Origin: Amoebidium appalachense | Lineage: Eukaryota > Protista > Ichthyosporea | DNA: 64,000 nt | NCBI GenBank assembly: GCA_963693365.1 | Contig: CAVNZM010000006.1 | Coordinates: 8,184,855-8,248,854, forward strand | Reading direction: 5' to 3' | Part shown: positions 60,399 to 64,000 of the stretch, piece after piece | Layout: every line of letters starts with the position of its first letter | Numbering within the stretch: position 1 is the stretch's first letter | Program-made: the position numbers and the translations under genes | Notes under the pieces: generated by a model | The model's input: the letters and a program-made list of their open reading frames with translations, nothing else | Told to the model about the DNA's origin: nothing | The model's database searches: none

Positions 60399-61408
60399 CC
60401 CGGCCCATATCCACCTGCGCGTTCACCACCCTGTTCTCCTGCCCCCCGCCCCCTACCCAGTCCACCGATTTCTCCACAAACCAGAGAGAACACGGCAGTG
60501 CCCATGAACGTTTGGCCCGTGATTTGCTAGAGAACAGCATCGCCGGTCCCCCCCATGTCTCCCGGAACCCAAGAGAACACCATGGCATCCCCAACCATGT
60601 CTCCCGGATCCTTGGAGAACAGGTGCCGGGGGGTGGACCCTGTTCGCCGATTGCTTTTTCCTAGGAGCGGGGCCTGGGGGGCATGAGGGGCACGCGAGGC
60701 ACGGATGGCACAGTGGTCTCACGGGTCTGTGTGCCACAGGCGCCCCCCCCAGCCCCCCCCCAGGCCCCCGGAACAGGCAACGCGGAACCACAACTTCGTT
60801 CCAAAGCAGCGCCAGGTGTGCCAATAAACGGCCAAAGCAGCGCGCAGTTGGCTACCCCGCTATTCGATCTGATTGGTCGAAAGCGTTCAAGATCCTGACC
60901 AAGGTTTCAGAATCTGTTTGTAATCGTTGATAGGACTATTACTTCGCGATTTCTATTAGAAATGTGACCGAATTGTTTATAAAACTATCTTGAATATGAA
61001 ATTGGGTATAAAACGTTTGATTTTATTCGTATGTTTGGTTCTAAGGGATAGAAGAGAAAAAGGCATCAGCTGTCATTGAAAAATCTTGAAGCACTGGCAT
61101 TGCCTGCTCTTCGCAGGATCTGATTGGATCTTGAATTGGGTGTGATCCAATCCCCAGCAGCCAATCGTGCAGTTTGGTGATCTGGATCTGAAAGCATTCT
61201 CCCAATCAAACGCGTGACTTCATTCGTTAGAAAGGATATCATTTCGTCAGCATCAGTTGGGAATTGGCTTCTAAGGGCACGGCACAGCTGATAGGGTGTC
61301 ACTTTCACACACCTTCTGTAGTGTCAACATCAAAGGCTTTGAAGTCGCTTGTTAGGTCGCCTTTTACTGATTTTTCGCTTTGCACCCCCATTTCTACACA
61401 CACACACC

Positions 61409-62272
61409 ATGGAACAAGTAGGCAAGCGCAGCTACAAATGGCTGACCGATCACCTTTTCACTAAGAACACCAAGGACAAATACATGGTCAAGTGCCGCGC
61501 TTGTGTCGCTGACATGCACAGCGACCAGATCCCCTCGCATGTGAAGGTGTGCAGGGAATTAAACCACTGCCAGGACGCCATCCTTGCCCTCGTCGCCGCA
61601 GAGAACGCCGTCGGGCCCGCGCGCGACAAGGTGCGTCCGTTGGTCACGGAGTTCGGGGGGTGCGCAGTGGCTGCACAGTCCGTCGTGCCGGGTCTGCGCC
61701 AGTACCTGCAGCAGCCTGGGCGCAACGTCGTGGGCGCGGCTAAGGCACGGGCGGTGGCGCAGGCGCTCCACGACATGGCAGAGGCGGCTCGGGCGGTTAA
61801 GGACGGGTATGTGGGTTTTTGGTCGGCTGAGGATGCTGTGGAGCGCAACAAGCAAGCGCTGCGCCATCGGATTGCCGAACGTGTCCACCGCCGCCAGGGC
61901 GGGGAGGGGCCCGGCCAGTTCGCCTACGTTCCCCGCCCCCCCGGTTCTCCCCGTCCAAACCTCGTCCCCTTTGCGCTCACACCCGGGGAGCTTGCAAGTG
62001 GCAACGTGCTCCGGCAGTGCGAGATATTTCTGTTTGATCGAGTGCAGAGGGATCCGAAGTACCCTCCCGGGAAACGTATCGACTCAGACGATGTGTGGGG
62101 GGCGGAGGAGAGAGACTCTGCTCTTGCGGCATCGATCGATGAGTGGGCGGTGGAGGTTCCCGTTTGGTGGGATGAGGGCAACCACTATTTTGTTCAGGAC
62201 ATGGAGATGATTGAGCAGCGCCTGCGGGAGGGGTATGATTGGGTGATGAAGGTTGTTGCGGAGCTTGAGTGA
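61409..62272 (+). CDS. Hypothetical protein with N-terminal CxxC...HxxxC putative zinc-binding motif
   Basis: 287-aa ATG ORF with GC3-rich codons; VKCRAC...PSHVKVC. Confidence 0.7.
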   Translation: MEQVGKRSYKWLTDHLFTKNTKDKYMVKCRACVADMHSDQIPSHVKVCRELNHCQDAILALVAAENAVGPARDKVRPLVTEFGGCAVAAQSVVPGLRQYLQQPGRNVVGAAKARAVAQALHDMAEAARAVKDGYVGFWSAEDAVERNKQALRHRIAERVHRRQGGEGPGQFAYVPRPPGSPRPNLVPFALTPGELASGNVLRQCEIFLFDRVQRDPKYPPGKRIDSDDVWGAEERDSALAASIDEWAVEVPVWWDEGNHYFVQDMEMIEQRLREGYDWVMKVVAELE

Positions 62273-62767
62273 GGGCTGAGGGGGGGGGGGGGGGGGGGTG
62301 GATGGGGTGGTGTTAGCATGAGCTAGATGGGGGTTGGTTTGATGGGATGGTGTTAGCATGTTAGCATCATGAGAGGGCTTGGAAGTTGGTTGATGTGCTT
62401 CCGGGAGATAAGCTTGTTTGTTTATTGGCCGCTGTGCTGGCTGATTATATCTGTGTCGCTTTTTGAATAAAAACCCAAACCTGGTAGTACCAGAAGACCA
62501 AGGAATGGGCTGTGGAGGAAGTAGGGGAAGTGGGGGAAAAATTCCACCACTTCCAATTCCCGGGCCAGGGGCAACGCGAGACCCCGGCCCCCACTGCCAC
62601 CGTGCTCCGCTGCTTCTTGGGGAATAGGGGTATAAAGGCAGGATGGATGGCAAAGGGGGGTCAGAGCAGGTTGGGCCCAAACAATATTTTCTCTCTCTTA
62701 AGTGATGCACTCGTCAAAAAAACAGTCGTTCCTTATGTCACCGTCTCCACCCCCTTACACCACAAGC

Positions 62768-63925
62768 ATGGGCGCCCAGAGAGAAGCTGACCGTGAAGGC
62801 GACACGGCATCCGCCAAACGCGCCCGTCTCGACGTGCAGCGGTTCACATTTGCCAACGGCGAGTTCGCCGGCCGAAGCGTGCGCACATGCCTTACGGACC
62901 CGCCCCTTGCCAGCGCAAGCCACATCATCATGGCTGTCAACACATGCGACCGCAAGACGGCACTCAATGCCTGGGAGTACCAGCAGAAGCAGCCATGGGC
63001 AATTTCGGAATCAACGTCTGAATTTTTCAGACGTTGGAAGTTTGATGGGCGGAACGAATCGGTTGGTCTGACTGCCAAGCAAGTGGTCAAGCTGATAAAC
63101 GCGCTTCCTGGTGCAAAGGCCGCAGCTTTCCGCGAAAAGTGCGCGGACGTGTTCGTGCGCTACCTTGGAGGCGACGACAGTCTCGTGTCCGAGATTGCTC
63201 AGAACCGTGCCGTGGCCGCCGCCGATCCCTCAAGCACCCAGGCCTTTGCTGCTGCATCTGTCCCCACCGCACCGCCTGTCACCTACACTCCTGCCCAGCT
63301 GGAGTACTTTGTTAACTCTGGCACAGTCACACTCGAGGCTGCTGTGGGGCTGTTTGAGCGTGTCACGATTGCGCGAAACACAACGCCTGAAGTCCTAATC
63401 GAGCGCGAGAAGCACACGACCATCCAGCTCGAGACCGAGAAGGCAGTGGTCGAGGAGCGCGAGCGCCGTGAGACGCTGCTGGCACACACCCGTCTCCTCC
63501 ACGAGCAGGCCAAGGAGGCCAACGCGCTGACGAAGCGGCTGGACGAGCGCTACTACCTCACACGCCAGCTCAACGCCCGCCACACGGCCGAGGCGCGCGG
63601 CGGCCCGTGCTTCTATTTCGTCGACGCCCTGGACTCCACCCTGATGTTTGGCTGCACGGGGCAGAGCATTGCGCGCCGCTACCGCCGCGAAAAGATGCGT
63701 CGAATCGTGCTCAACGGGGTGTTGTTTGCGCTGGCCGCGCAGGACAAGGCAATGGCAGCGGCCATGGAGGGTGCGTTCAAGAGTCTGGTGCGCGAGTCTG
63801 CTGCAACAATGCGTCTCAGCAACTGCGAGGGGCTCGCCAACAACTATGACATGTTCAAGCTGGTCATGGAGAAGTGGAACGGATTGGCGGGCGAGGAGGG
63901 TTGGCCAGTGCTGGACTTGGCATAA
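62768..63925 (+). CDS. Viral-type KilA-N/Bro-like DNA-binding protein with coiled coil and possible degenerate GIY-YIG/T5orf172-like C-terminus
   Basis: LINALPGAKAAAFR...VFVRYLGGDDSLVSEI motif of the kind seen in large DNA virus multigene families; C-terminal CFYFV...FGCTG..IARR; GGGTATAAAGG at 62628. Confidence 0.65.
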   Translation: MGAQREADREGDTASAKRARLDVQRFTFANGEFAGRSVRTCLTDPPLASASHIIMAVNTCDRKTALNAWEYQQKQPWAISESTSEFFRRWKFDGRNESVGLTAKQVVKLINALPGAKAAAFREKCADVFVRYLGGDDSLVSEIAQNRAVAAADPSSTQAFAAASVPTAPPVTYTPAQLEYFVNSGTVTLEAAVGLFERVTIARNTTPEVLIEREKHTTIQLETEKAVVEERERRETLLAHTRLLHEQAKEANALTKRLDERYYLTRQLNARHTAEARGGPCFYFVDALDSTLMFGCTGQSIARRYRREKMRRIVLNGVLFALAAQDKAMAAAMEGAFKSLVRESAATMRLSNCEGLANNYDMFKLVMEKWNGLAGEEGWPVLDLA

Positions 63926-64000
63926 GCTGATCGTACGGTTTCGAACCAAGAGGAGGACATGACATAGTGATGGAAATTATGGATGTAGGTAGATGCTGCT

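Larger units (their letters stand above)
42746..64000. mobile_element. Endogenous virus-like / giant mobile element (left part; runs off the window end)
   Basis: Abrupt loss of introns and near-complete loss of microsatellites. Compact intronless ORFs including two D5-type helicases, a nuclease, a KilA/Bro-like protein, patatin and Fic. Terminal palindrome and repeat arrays. Confidence 0.75.

Noticed and set aside
61066-61308. 80-aa minus-strand ORF
   Set aside because: Non-ATG start, no motif and no promoter signature; not enough support.

Overview
Eukaryotic genomic DNA (GT-AG introns packed with poly-G/poly-C and (CA)n/(GT)n tracts, which produce most of the spurious ORFs in the track). 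It falls into three zones. (1) Host genes, 0.9-15.2 kb: an 8-exon class C GPCR-like gene whose ectodomain looks like a type II solute-binding protein (all seven splice junctions resolve in frame, about 1045 aa) and an intronless 7TM-like gene. (2) A transposon graveyard, 15.9-42.1 kb: a decayed LINE, a DUF6729-like putative transposase fragment, a Copia element carrying an antisense, internally deleted copy of its own LTR family (5-bp TSD) and a scrambled Gypsy fragment, and a 5'-truncated, intron-rich Plavaka (CMC) transposase. (3) From 42746 to the window end, an abrupt switch to an intronless, gene-dense, virus-like element. It opens with a 421-bp GC-rich palindrome and contains a 92-bp tandem array mirrored in inverted orientation 5.3 kb away, a CCCTAA-containing minisatellite, two primase-less D5-type SF3 helicases, a PD-(D/E)XK-like nuclease sharing the helicases' C-terminal domain, three iteron-like dyads, C2H2 zinc fingers, patatin, Fic and a KilA/Bro-like protein, several with shared TATA/CCAAT promoters. 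Zone 3 is the best candidate for an undescribed replicon. No capsid, DNA polymerase or integrase is visible in this window. All family calls come from motif recognition by eye, not from database searches.
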